The notes under the pieces are model-generated. The model was not told where the DNA came from and ran no database searches. It saw nothing but the letters and a program-made list of their open reading frames with translations. Source: an uncultured bacterium (GTDB lineage: Bacteria > Bacillota_I > Bacilli_A > RFN20 > CAG-826). From it: a DNA stretch of 64,000 bases. Where the stretch lies: positions 79,709 through 143,708 of the forward strand of contig CASDYC010000001.1 in the NCBI GenBank assembly GCA_949285665.1, read 5' to 3'. The position numbers were made by a program, and so were the translations under genes. This document shows, piece after piece, positions 51,886 through 61,301 of the stretch. How positions within the stretch are numbered: the first letter of the stretch is position 1; every line of letters starts with the position of its first letter.

Positions 51886-54288
51886 ATGTTTAAAGATAAA
51901 GAACAATTTAAAAGAGCGTTTGTCGAATCACTAACTGAAAAATATGGTGTTAGCGTTGAAGATAGCGATATTACCGAAAAATTTGATATTTTAGGTACAT
52001 TAGTTAGAAATTATGCTGGTGTAAATTGGAGAAGTACAAGAACAGAAATTTCTAGTGAAAAATACAAACAATTATTTTATTTTTCTCTTGAATTCTTAAT
52101 GGGCAGATTATTAGTCAATAACATGCAAAATTTAGGAATTTATGAAATTTGTCGGGATGGTTTAAAAGAATTAGGAATTGATATTAATGAATTAGAAGAT
52201 CAAGAAAGCGATGCTGGTTTAGGAAACGGTGGTTTAGGAAGATTGGCAGCTTGTTTCTTAGATTCTATTGCATCTCTTGGCTATCCAGGCCATGGTAATA
52301 CATTGCGTTATCAATATGGATTTTTTAGACAAAAATTTGTCGATGGAAAACAAGTTGAATTACCAGATCAATGGTTAGCAAATGGTAATGTTTGGGAAGT
52401 TAGAAAACCAAAACATGCAGTTGAAGTCATGTTTTATGGAAGACCTGAAACTTACTTAAAACCAGATGGAAGTTATTCCATTAAAACAGTAGATGCTTTA
52501 TATGTCAAAGCAATGCCTTATGATATGACAGTTGTTGGATATCATAATAATGTTGCAAATACATTAAGATTATGGAGTGCCGAACCTTCAATTTCTAATT
52601 TACCTTTAAATATGGATTTCGAAGACTATTTAAGTGAAATTAATGAAATTTGTCGATCACTTTATCCAGATGATTCAACGGAACATGGAAAGTTACTCAG
52701 ATTAAAACAAGAATATTTCTTAGTTTCAGCTGGGTTACAAAGTGTTATGAGAAGTCATTATCGAAGACATCATACTTTTGATAATTTCTATAAATTTTAT
52801 GTTTTCCAATTAAATGACACGCATCCAATTTTAGCAATTCCAGAATTAATGAGATTATTAATGGATGAATATGGCTATGGTTGGGACGATGCTTGGAAAC
52901 AAGTTACAAAATGTATTGCATATACAAATCATACAATTTTAGCTGAAGCATTAGAAAAATGGCCTATTTCTTATATGCAACGATTATTACCTAGAATTTA
53001 TTTAATCATTGAAGAAATTAATCGTCGATTTAATATTTTCTTAAATGAAAAAGGTATCGAAGAAACTCAAAAACGTGATATGCAAATTATTAAAGATAAT
53101 CAAGTTTATATGGCAAATATGGCCATTTATGCTTGTTTCTCAGTTAATGGTGTTGCAAAAATTCACACAAAAATTTTAGAAAAATCTACCTTTAGTTCGT
53201 TTTATAAAGTATTTCCAAGAAAATTTAATAATAAAACAAATGGTATTACACATCGAAGATGGTTCTTATATTCAAATCCAAAATTAGCAAATTATGTCAG
53301 TGAATTAATTGGAAAAGATTGGATTACAGATTCTTTAAAATTAAAAGAATTTGAAAAATTTGCAAACGATGAAGATGTTCAAAAGCGTGTTGGACATATA
53401 AAATATGAAAACAAAATTAATTTTGCAAATTTTGTCAAGAAAGAATATGGAATTGAAATTGATCCAACAAGCATTTTTGATGTTCAAATTAAAAGATTAC
53501 ACGCTTATAAGCGTCAATTAATGAATTTATTTAGAATTATTTATTTATATTCTAGAATTAAAAATGATGCAAACTTTACAATGTATCCAACAACATTTAT
53601 TTTTGGTGCAAAAGCTGCTCCAAGCTATGTTTTTGCTAAAAAAGTTATTGAATTTATAAATGCTGTTGCATTTTATGTTAATAATGATCCTCAAGTTTCA
53701 AAATTCATGAAGATTGTCTTTGTTGAAAATTATGGTGTAACTTTAGCTGAAAAAATTATTCCTGCAAGTGATGTCAGTGAACAAATTTCAACTGCTGGGT
53801 TTGAAGCTTCAGGAACAAGCAACATGAAATTTATGATGAATGGTGCAATTACTCTTGGTACTCTTGATGGAGCAAACATTGAAATAGCTGATAACGCTGG
53901 AAAAGAAAATGAAGTAATTTTCGGTCTTAATGCAAAAGAAGTTGATGATATTAAAAATTCTGGAAAATATAGTGCATGGGACTTGTATAATTCAAATTCT
54001 GAAATTAATAATGTTGTTAATATGATTTTTAATGGTCCTTGGGCTCAAGAAGATCACGATAGATTTAAATTAATTTTTGATGAATTAATGTCAAAAAATG
54101 ATGAATACTTAGTTTTAAAAGATTTGCCAGAATATATAAAAGCAACGTTCAAGATTCAAAAATTATTTGAAGATAAAGCTCTATGGAATAAGATGTGCAT
54201 TTATAATATCGCTAATTCTGGTCCATTTTCAAGTGATAGAACTATTCAGCAATATGTCGATGATATTTGGCATTTAGAAAAATTATAA
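51886..54288 (+). CDS. glgP: Glycogen/starch phosphorylase
   Basis: GLGNGGLGRLAACF, QLNDTHP, KRLHAYKRQ, EASGTSNMK. Confidence 0.96.
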   Translation: MFKDKEQFKRAFVESLTEKYGVSVEDSDITEKFDILGTLVRNYAGVNWRSTRTEISSEKYKQLFYFSLEFLMGRLLVNNMQNLGIYEICRDGLKELGIDINELEDQESDAGLGNGGLGRLAACFLDSIASLGYPGHGNTLRYQYGFFRQKFVDGKQVELPDQWLANGNVWEVRKPKHAVEVMFYGRPETYLKPDGSYSIKTVDALYVKAMPYDMTVVGYHNNVANTLRLWSAEPSISNLPLNMDFEDYLSEINEICRSLYPDDSTEHGKLLRLKQEYFLVSAGLQSVMRSHYRRHHTFDNFYKFYVFQLNDTHPILAIPELMRLLMDEYGYGWDDAWKQVTKCIAYTNHTILAEALEKWPISYMQRLLPRIYLIIEEINRRFNIFLNEKGIEETQKRDMQIIKDNQVYMANMAIYACFSVNGVAKIHTKILEKSTFSSFYKVFPRKFNNKTNGITHRRWFLYSNPKLANYVSELIGKDWITDSLKLKEFEKFANDEDVQKRVGHIKYENKINFANFVKKEYGIEIDPTSIFDVQIKRLHAYKRQLMNLFRIIYLYSRIKNDANFTMYPTTFIFGAKAAPSYVFAKKVIEFINAVAFYVNNDPQVSKFMKIVFVENYGVTLAEKIIPASDVSEQISTAGFEASGTSNMKFMMNGAITLGTLDGANIEIADNAGKENEVIFGLNAKEVDDIKNSGKYSAWDLYNSNSEINNVVNMIFNGPWAQEDHDRFKLIFDELMSKNDEYLVLKDLPEYIKATFKIQKLFEDKALWNKMCIYNIANSGPFSSDRTIQQYVDDIWHLEKL

Positions 54289-54291
54289 TTT

Positions 54292-54786
54292 ATGAAAATT
54301 AAATTAAGAGAATTATATTTACAACAATCAAAACTTGATTTAGAAATTCAAAAAAATCACAAAACATCTTATAAAGAAACAAGAAATAAACGTTATTTAG
54401 CATTTTTAGTTGAACTTGGTGAACTTGCAAATGCAACTAGATGTTTTAAGTTTTGGTCGTTTAAAAATTCTGAAGAAAAAGCAAGATTGATAGATGAATT
54501 TGCAGATGGTCTTCATTTTATCTTATCAATCGGTTTAGATCATCAATATGTTTTAGATGAATTAGAATTTAATGATAATATTAATTTAGACTTATCATCA
54601 ACTTTTTTAGAAACTTATAATAATTTTAGTAATTTTTTAAAAAATGATACACTTGAAAATTATAAAAAGGCATTTGTCAAATTTTTAAATATTGCTATTA
54701 AATTAAACTTTTCAATAAATGATATAATTAATGGTTACTTAAAAAAATTGAATGTGAATTATCAACGACAAGAAACTAATTATTAA
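54292..54786 (+). CDS. Dimeric (all-alpha) dUTPase
   Basis: AFLVELGELANATRCFKFWS, DEFADGLHFILSIG, KLNVNYQRQETNY. Confidence 0.85.
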   Translation: MKIKLRELYLQQSKLDLEIQKNHKTSYKETRNKRYLAFLVELGELANATRCFKFWSFKNSEEKARLIDEFADGLHFILSIGLDHQYVLDELEFNDNINLDLSSTFLETYNNFSNFLKNDTLENYKKAFVKFLNIAIKLNFSINDIINGYLKKLNVNYQRQETNY

Positions 54787-54792
54787 TTAGTT

Positions 54793-55248
54793 TTAAATAT
54801 TTAATAATTTTAAAACTTCATTTTCATTAAAAATTTGAATATGAAGTTTTTTTAATTCACTAACTAATAAGCCACTACCTTGAATTAATTTACGACTAAA
54901 AGTTCCATTATAAATAAAATGACTACCACAAGTTGGTGATTTTTCTTTTAAAAGTGCGTATTTAACATCATTTTCTTTACATAAATTAATTATAGAAGCG
55001 ATTTTCTTTTTTATTAATGTTGTGTAATTATTGTTATCTTTGTCTATAACTTCATTATTTTTTATTTCAATTGGATTTCTAGGACAACCTAAAACATCAA
55101 ATTCTGGGCAAATTGGAATGATTGTAAAATTATTTTCTAATAGACCAATGTTGTCAATTTTACAATTTTTTCCATCATATCTAACATTGTTACCTAATAA
55201 ACAAGAACTTACTAATAAATATGGTTTTAATAATTTTTTATCATTCAT
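54793..55248 (-). CDS. DUF523 / 2-thiouracil desulfurase (TudS) family
   Basis: LVSSCLLG..VRYDG, PICPE, GCPR, LKEKSPTCG. Confidence 0.85.
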   Translation of the reverse strand: MNDKKLLKPYLLVSSCLLGNNVRYDGKNCKIDNIGLLENNFTIIPICPEFDVLGCPRNPIEIKNNEVIDKDNNNYTTLIKKKIASIINLCKENDVKYALLKEKSPTCGSHFIYNGTFSRKLIQGSGLLVSELKKLHIQIFNENEVLKLLNI

Positions 55249-55252
55249 AATG

Positions 55253-55264
55253 TTATAATTATAA
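55253..55264. promoter_or_regulatory. Palindromic bidirectional -10 element between divergent start codons 18 bp apart
   Basis: TTATAATTATAA gives TATAAT on both strands, 7 nt and 9 nt before the ATGs at 55267 and 55248; no RBS on either side. Confidence 0.6.
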
Positions 55265-55266
55265 AC

Positions 55267-55914
55267 ATGAATGTGAATGAAATCTATTTCAATGGCAATA
55301 AATATAATGTAATTTATAAAACAAAAAGAATAAAAAAAATTATAATTCGTTTTAAAGACGATACATTTTATATTTCAATGCCACTATTTTCACTTAAAAT
55401 AACTGCTTATAAATTTTTATCTGATGTAGGTTTAAAATTAATTAAAAAAGTTAAAAAATCTAACACTTACGATTTAGAAAATGGTTATGTTTTTTTGTAT
55501 GGAAAAAAATACACAAAGAACATAGATGGTTTATTTTTAATTAATAATAATGAATATAAAATTGACAATATTAATGATTTTTATAATTTATTTATCACTG
55601 ATTATTTTCATTTATTAAAGAGTAGAGTAGATTATTATAAAAATATTATGAATATACCAGTTGATTATAAAATTCATGTAAAAAATGTTAAAACAATTTT
55701 AGGTTCTAATTCTTTAAAAACAAAATCATTAACTTTTTCAATTATTTTAATTCATTATCCATTAGTTGTAATTGATTCAATTGTTGTCCACGAGTTAGCT
55801 CATTATTTTTATAGAAATCATTCAAAAAATTTTTATAATGTTGTATATAAATATTTCCCAGATTACAAAAAAGGTTTAAGTATTTTCAAAAAAGGACTAG
55901 ATAATGGTTTATAA
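55267..55914 (+). CDS. YgjP-like (DUF45) HExxH metallohydrolase
   Basis: VIDSIVVHELAH..YRNHSKNFY..V...FPDY. Confidence 0.8.
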   Translation: MNVNEIYFNGNKYNVIYKTKRIKKIIIRFKDDTFYISMPLFSLKITAYKFLSDVGLKLIKKVKKSNTYDLENGYVFLYGKKYTKNIDGLFLINNNEYKIDNINDFYNLFITDYFHLLKSRVDYYKNIMNIPVDYKIHVKNVKTILGSNSLKTKSLTFSIILIHYPLVVIDSIVVHELAHYFYRNHSKNFYNVVYKYFPDYKKGLSIFKKGLDNGL

Positions 55915-56638
55915 AATAACATCAAAAAGTAACGAATTAATAAAAAGTATTGTAAAAATTAAAAATGATAATAATTCAAATTATTTTTTAGTTGATGGAT
56001 TTCATTTATTCGAGATAGCACTTTTAAATAATTGCGTTGAAAAAATATTCACCAATAAATTAATTTCTAATATAGAAAACATTGACCAATACGTTGTTGC
56101 AGATGAAATTCTTAATAAAATTTCTAGTTTTAAAACAAATCAAGGAATTGTTTGTCTATGTAAGAAAATAAAAAAAGAAATAAAAAATGAAAATATATTA
56201 ATTTATTTAGATTATATTCAAGATCCCGGAAATTTAGGAACAATTTTTAGGAGTGGTTTAGCATTTGGTTTTAAAAATTATCTTTTAAGTCCAAATTGTG
56301 TTTCAGTTTTTAACAGTAAAACCGTTTCAGCATCTCAAGGTGCAATTTTTAATGTAAATTTTATAACATGTGATGTTAATAAATTAAAAGAATACAAAAA
56401 AAGTGGTTATAAGTTAATTTCAACTTCTTTAAAAAATGAATCGATTTATCTTGATGAACTTAACTTAAATAAAAGTGATAAATATATTTTTATATTCGGA
56501 AATGAAGGTTCTGGAATTAGCAAAGAAGTTTTAGATATATCAGATGAATTTTTAAAAATTAAAATTAAAAATATTGAAAGTTTAAATGTTGCAATTGCTT
56601 TTTCAATAGTTATGTATAATTTATCTTTAAAATTATAA
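55904..56638 (+). CDS. TrmH-family (SPOUT) RNA methyltransferase
   Basis: IQDPGNLGTIFR, FGNEGSGIS, ESLNVAIA; upstream of pheS as in Bacillus. Confidence 0.9.
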   Translation: MVYKITSKSNELIKSIVKIKNDNNSNYFLVDGFHLFEIALLNNCVEKIFTNKLISNIENIDQYVVADEILNKISSFKTNQGIVCLCKKIKKEIKNENILIYLDYIQDPGNLGTIFRSGLAFGFKNYLLSPNCVSVFNSKTVSASQGAIFNVNFITCDVNKLKEYKKSGYKLISTSLKNESIYLDELNLNKSDKYIFIFGNEGSGISKEVLDISDEFLKIKIKNIESLNVAIAFSIVMYNLSLKL

Positions 56639-56683
56639 AAATAATAATATTAAAATTATTATTATTTTTGTTAAAATATTATT

Positions 56684-56888
56684 GCATTGATTAAGGAGTA
56701 GTAAAGAAATCCCTTTTATTAAGTGAGAGGTAGATAGTGTGAACACCTTATAAAATATTTCTTGAATTCACCTTATAGCTCTAGGTAATGCTAGCGTTTG
56801 TTGCGTTAAAACTAAATTAAGTGCGTAATTTTTTACGAATAAGGATGGTAACACGGATTATTTCGCTCCTTTTTAAAGGAGTTTTTTT
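56684..56888 (+). ncRNA. T-box riboswitch, Phe specifier
   Basis: Specifier TTC at 56767-56769; AATAAGGATGGTAACACG at 56838-56855; terminator CTCCTTT-TT-AAAGGAG-TTTTTTT. Confidence 0.9.
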
Positions 56889-56905
56889 ATTTTAAGGAGT
56901 AAAAA

Positions 56906-57943
56906 ATGGATAAAAATGAAATTTTAATTGAAAAAGAAAATTTATTAAATGATTTAAAAGATGTAAAAACTTTTGATGATTTAAACAATGTTAGAGCAAA
57001 ATATCTTTCAAAAAAATCTAAATTAAATTCAGTAATGCAACTTTTTAAAACATTAACTAAAGAAGAAAAAATTGAACTTGGAAAAACTGTTAATGAAGTT
57101 AAAACATTTATTGAAAATGAATTAAAAGTAAAACAAGATGAATTAGAAAATCAAAAAATGATTGAAACATTAGAAAAAGATAAAATTGATATTACATTAC
57201 CAGGTAGTAATTTATTAACAGGCGCAAAAAATCCATTTTATTTAATTTTAGATGAGATGATATCTATTTTTACTTCGATGGGATTTTCTGTTGTCGAAGG
57301 TAGTGAAGTTGAAAGTGATAAATATAATTTTGAATTATTAAACATTCCAAAAGATCATCCTGCAAGAGATATGCAAGATACATTTTATATTAGTGAAAAT
57401 TTATTAATGAGAACACATACGTCTCCTGCCCAAGCTCACGAATTAGAACAAAATAAAAATAAACCATTAATGATTATTTCTCCTGGAAAAACATACCGAA
57501 GAGATGATGATGATATGACTCATTCTCATCAATTTGCCCAAGTTGAAGGATTAGTTGTTGGAGAGAATATAACACTTGGAAATTTAAAAGCAACTTTAGA
57601 ATTATTTGTTAAAAAAATGTTTGGTGAAAAAAGAGAAATCAGATTAAGATCTTCATATTTTCCATTTACCGAACCAAGTGTAGAAGTTGATGTAAGTTGC
57701 GCAGAGTGTAATGGCAAGGGATGTCCGGTTTGTAAAGGCACAGGTTATATTGAAATTCTTGGTGCTGGTATGGTTCATCCAAATGTTTTAAAAATGGCTG
57801 GATATGATTCCAATAAATTTAGTGGTTTTGCTTTTGGTATCGGAATTGAAAGAGTTGCAATGCTTCGTTATGACATTAACGACATACGAAAGTTATACAC
57901 AAATGACATTAGATTTTTAAATCAATTCAAAAAAAGAGGTTAA
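56906..57943 (+). CDS. pheS: Phenylalanine--tRNA ligase alpha subunit
   Basis: HPARDMQDTF, RTHTSP, FPFTEPS, GFAFGIGIER. Confidence 0.98.
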   Translation: MDKNEILIEKENLLNDLKDVKTFDDLNNVRAKYLSKKSKLNSVMQLFKTLTKEEKIELGKTVNEVKTFIENELKVKQDELENQKMIETLEKDKIDITLPGSNLLTGAKNPFYLILDEMISIFTSMGFSVVEGSEVESDKYNFELLNIPKDHPARDMQDTFYISENLLMRTHTSPAQAHELEQNKNKPLMIISPGKTYRRDDDDMTHSHQFAQVEGLVVGENITLGNLKATLELFVKKMFGEKREIRLRSSYFPFTEPSVEVDVSCAECNGKGCPVCKGTGYIEILGAGMVHPNVLKMAGYDSNKFSGFAFGIGIERVAMLRYDINDIRKLYTNDIRFLNQFKKRG

Positions 57944-57949
57944 TATAAT

Positions 57950-60352
57950 ATGAAAGTAAGTTACAAAGAATTAAATAAATTAATCGATTTATCAAATATA
58001 TCTCCTTATGATTTAGCAAATAAATTAACTTTTGCTGGTATTGAAGTTGAATCAGTTGAAAAATTATCTGATGCTAACAATTTAGTTATTGGTGAAGTTA
58101 TTGATTGTCAAAACATGCCTGAAAGTAACCATTTACATTTAACTAAAGTTGACATTAAAGATGAAATTTTAGATATTGTTTGTGGTGCACCAAATGTTAG
58201 AAAAGGCTTAAAAGTTATTGTTGCAAAAGTTGGTGCTAAATTAAAAGAAATAACAATAAAAAAATCTCAAATTTTAGGTCATGACAGTAATGGAATGTTA
58301 TGTTCTTTAGTTGAACTTGGAGTTGATAAAAAATATTTAACAGAAGCTCAAATAAATGGAGTTGAAGAACTTGATGATGATGCCATTGTTGGTAATAGCA
58401 ATGTTTTAGAATATTTAGGGTTAGATGATTATATTTTAGATTTAAAATTATTAGCAAATAGAAGTGATTGTAATTCTCTTTTAAATGTAGCAAAAGAAGT
58501 ATCTGCTTTATATAACTTAAAATTTAAAGAACCTAATTTAATTAATTTAGCAAAAGAAGATGATGAAATTGTTTTTAATTTAAATTCAAAAACAGAATTA
58601 TGTCCAAAATTTGTTTCAAGAGTTATTAAAAACATTAAAATTAAACAATCTCCAAAATGGTTAATTTATGCTCTTAGATCCTTTGGAATTAGATCAATTA
58701 ATAATATTGTTGATATTGGAAACTATGTAATGGTAATTACTGGTCAACCATTACATATGTATGATTTAGATAAACTTGAAAGTAATGAATTGTATTGTGA
58801 TTTATCAAATAATGAGAAATTTGTAGCATTAGATGGAAAAGAATATCAATTAAATGATTCAGATTTAGTTATTCGTTCAAAAAACGAAATTGAATCTTTA
58901 GCTGGTGTTATGGGTTCGCTTAGATCTTCAACAAGTGATAGTACAAAAAATATTGTTATTGAATCAGCTATATTCGATCCAAAATCTGTTAGATTAACTT
59001 CTTCAAGACTTGGTTTATCAAGTGAATCTTCATTAAGATTTACCAAAGGAATTGATCCAACTAATCAAGAATTTGCTGTTGATTATGCCGCAAGTTTAGT
59101 ATGTGAATTAGCTGAAACAAACATTGTATCAAAAAGATTTGAATTTAATAAAATTAATTACAAAGAAAAAGAAATTGAATCATCTTATTTTTATATTAAT
59201 AACAGACTTGGAACAAACTTTGAAAAAAATATTATAAAAAATGCATTAAATAGAGTTTTTATTAAAGTAAAAGATTTAGATGAAGATAAATTTATAGCAG
59301 TTATTCCGCATCATAGAATTGATATTACTGATCAAGCTGATTTAAGTGAAGAAGTTATTAGATTATTAGGTTTTGATAATGTTGAGTCAGTTTTACCAAC
59401 TATGAGAATTGCAATCGGTGGTTTAAACGAAAACAAGAAAAAAGAAACTTTATTTAAAGATTTATTAATAAATAATGGATTTTATGAAACTTTAACTTAT
59501 ACTCTTGAAAATAAAGAAATGAGTGATGATTTTAATATCTTATTAAAAGATGAACCAATAATTATTAAAAATCCGTTAACAGTTGATCATAGCATTTTAA
59601 GAAGAAGTTTAATTCCAAGCTTATTAAAAGTTGTAAATTATAATTTAAATAGAAAAATTACTGATTTCAAATTGTTTGAAGTTTCAAATTTATATTCTAA
59701 AAATAATTCAATTTCTGTTTTAAGCTGTGTTTTAACTGGTAATAATTTATATCAAGGAAATTTGAAGAAAATTAAATTTTCATTCTTTGATTTAAAAGCA
59801 ATTGTTGAAACAATTTTTGAAATTTTAGGTATTCAAAAAACAAGATATAAACTCGAACAAGTTGAAAAAGAAAATAGGGATTTAAATTTTGGAAAATCTG
59901 CTTATTTAAAAATTGGAAACAAAATTTGTGGTTATTTAGGTGAAATCCATCCTTATGTTTATAAGAAATATGAAATTAAAACAAATAGCAATGTTTATGT
60001 AATGGAAATTAATCTAAATGAAATTTATCAACTTAAAGTTGGTCAAATCAAATCAAAAGAATTAAGTAAATTCCCAGATGTTAAAAGAGATATTGCATTA
60101 GTTGCAGATAAATCAATTTCAGTTGCAACCATTGAAAAAGAAATTAAGTTATCTTCATCATTATTAAGCGATGTTTCTTTATTTGATGTTTTTGTTGATG
60201 ATGAATTAAATAAAAATAATTTAAAATCTGTTGCATTTAATTTAACTTTTACATCGTTTGATCACACATTAAAAGAAAACGAAATTAATGAAGAAGTTGA
60301 AAAGATAATTAATAATTTAAAAAATAAATTAAAAATTGAGTTAAGAAAATGA
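57950..60352 (+). CDS. pheT: Phenylalanine--tRNA ligase beta subunit
   Basis: IVCGAPNV, NRSDC, GQPLHMYD, DLSEEVIR, SKFPDVKRDIA. Confidence 0.97.
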   Translation: MKVSYKELNKLIDLSNISPYDLANKLTFAGIEVESVEKLSDANNLVIGEVIDCQNMPESNHLHLTKVDIKDEILDIVCGAPNVRKGLKVIVAKVGAKLKEITIKKSQILGHDSNGMLCSLVELGVDKKYLTEAQINGVEELDDDAIVGNSNVLEYLGLDDYILDLKLLANRSDCNSLLNVAKEVSALYNLKFKEPNLINLAKEDDEIVFNLNSKTELCPKFVSRVIKNIKIKQSPKWLIYALRSFGIRSINNIVDIGNYVMVITGQPLHMYDLDKLESNELYCDLSNNEKFVALDGKEYQLNDSDLVIRSKNEIESLAGVMGSLRSSTSDSTKNIVIESAIFDPKSVRLTSSRLGLSSESSLRFTKGIDPTNQEFAVDYAASLVCELAETNIVSKRFEFNKINYKEKEIESSYFYINNRLGTNFEKNIIKNALNRVFIKVKDLDEDKFIAVIPHHRIDITDQADLSEEVIRLLGFDNVESVLPTMRIAIGGLNENKKKETLFKDLLINNGFYETLTYTLENKEMSDDFNILLKDEPIIIKNPLTVDHSILRRSLIPSLLKVVNYNLNRKITDFKLFEVSNLYSKNNSISVLSCVLTGNNLYQGNLKKIKFSFFDLKAIVETIFEILGIQKTRYKLEQVEKENRDLNFGKSAYLKIGNKICGYLGEIHPYVYKKYEIKTNSNVYVMEINLNEIYQLKVGQIKSKELSKFPDVKRDIALVADKSISVATIEKEIKLSSSLLSDVSLFDVFVDDELNKNNLKSVAFNLTFTSFDHTLKENEINEEVEKIINNLKNKLKIELRK

Positions 60353-60741
60353 AATTAGATACAAGAAAAATAAAAACTGGAGAAAAATATATTTTAAAAG
60401 AGGATGTAAATCTTGATAAATTTTTTGAAGGTAATAACTTATCAATAAATAAAATAAATTACTGTAAAACTGAAATTACAGCATGGTTTAATACTTATTT
60501 AATAGTTGTTAAATTTAAGATTTTATGTTCGCTAAATTTAAATGATTATAAAACAAATGAACCATTTGATAAGGAATTTGTAATCAATGATAAAGTAATT
60601 TTTTCTGATAAAGAAGAAGACGAAATTAGTTCAAATTATGATGAAATTATTATGTTTAACACAAATTTAATTATTGATTTGGATGAAATTATTTACTCAT
60701 TAATTGTTACAAGTTTACCAATTAAAATTTCTAAAAATTAA
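60349..60741 (+). CDS. Truncated YceD/DUF177-like protein
   Basis: IDLDEIIYSLIVTSLPIKI resembles the YceD motif; Cys motifs and C-terminal tail absent. Confidence 0.5.
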   Translation: MKLDTRKIKTGEKYILKEDVNLDKFFEGNNLSINKINYCKTEITAWFNTYLIVVKFKILCSLNLNDYKTNEPFDKEFVINDKVIFSDKEEDEISSNYDEIIMFNTNLIIDLDEIIYSLIVTSLPIKISKN

Positions 60742-60766
60742 ATTTTCTAAATATTTATTCTACGTT

Positions 60767-60800
60767 AAAAGTGAATGTAAAAATTATATTCACTTTTTTT
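60767..60800 (+). terminator. Terminator of the pheST operon
   Basis: AAAAGTGAAT...ATTCACTTTT followed by T-tract. Confidence 0.7.
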
Positions 60801-60809
60801 ATTTGCGTG

Positions 60810-60871
60810 TTTACAAAACTCTAATATACATCTATAATAATATTGAAGTGGTAAGAAGTGGTAAAAAGTGT
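60810..60871 (+). promoter_or_regulatory. mraZ promoter with three MraZ boxes
   Basis: TTTACA-17 bp-TATAAT (60810-60838); AAGTG(G/T) direct repeats with 10-bp period at 60846, 60856, 60866. Confidence 0.82.
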
Positions 60872-60872
60872 A

Positions 60873-61301
60873 ATGTTATTCTTTGGTACTTATGAGCATA
60901 ATTTAGATGCAAAAAATAGATTAATGCTACCATCAAAATTTAGAAGCAATATATCTGGAAACTTATATTGCAATATTGGATTTGATGGGAGTTTAAGCTT
61001 ATATACTGAAGAAAGCTTTACAAAATTATCAGCTAAATTATCTGAACTTTCTTTTAATAACAAAAAAGAAAGAGAATACATCAGAGCTATATATGCAAAT
61101 ACTATTGAATTAGAAATTGATAAAATCGGTCGAATTCAAATTCCAACATATATAGTTAATAAATTTAAGATTCCTAAGTCATTAGCCATTATTGGTGTAG
61201 GAGATCACATTGAAATATGGGATAAAGAAAAGTGGGATAATTATTCTTCCGAATCTTTAAAAAATTTTGATGAAATTGCAGAGGATATAAAAAATGTTTG
61301 A
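60873..61301 (+). CDS. mraZ: Transcriptional regulator MraZ
   Basis: FFGTYEHNLDAKNRLMLPSKFR, DKIGRIQIP, IIGVGDHIEIW. ATG 60873 preferred over GTG inside the operator. Confidence 0.95.
   Translation: MLFFGTYEHNLDAKNRLMLPSKFRSNISGNLYCNIGFDGSLSLYTEESFTKLSAKLSELSFNNKKEREYIRAIYANTIELEIDKIGRIQIPTYIVNKFKIPKSLAIIGVGDHIEIWDKEKWDNYSSESLKNFDEIAEDIKNV

Noticed and set aside
57698-57736. CAECNGKGCPVCK zinc-finger insert in PheS
   Set aside because: Common in Firmicutes PheS; not unusual.
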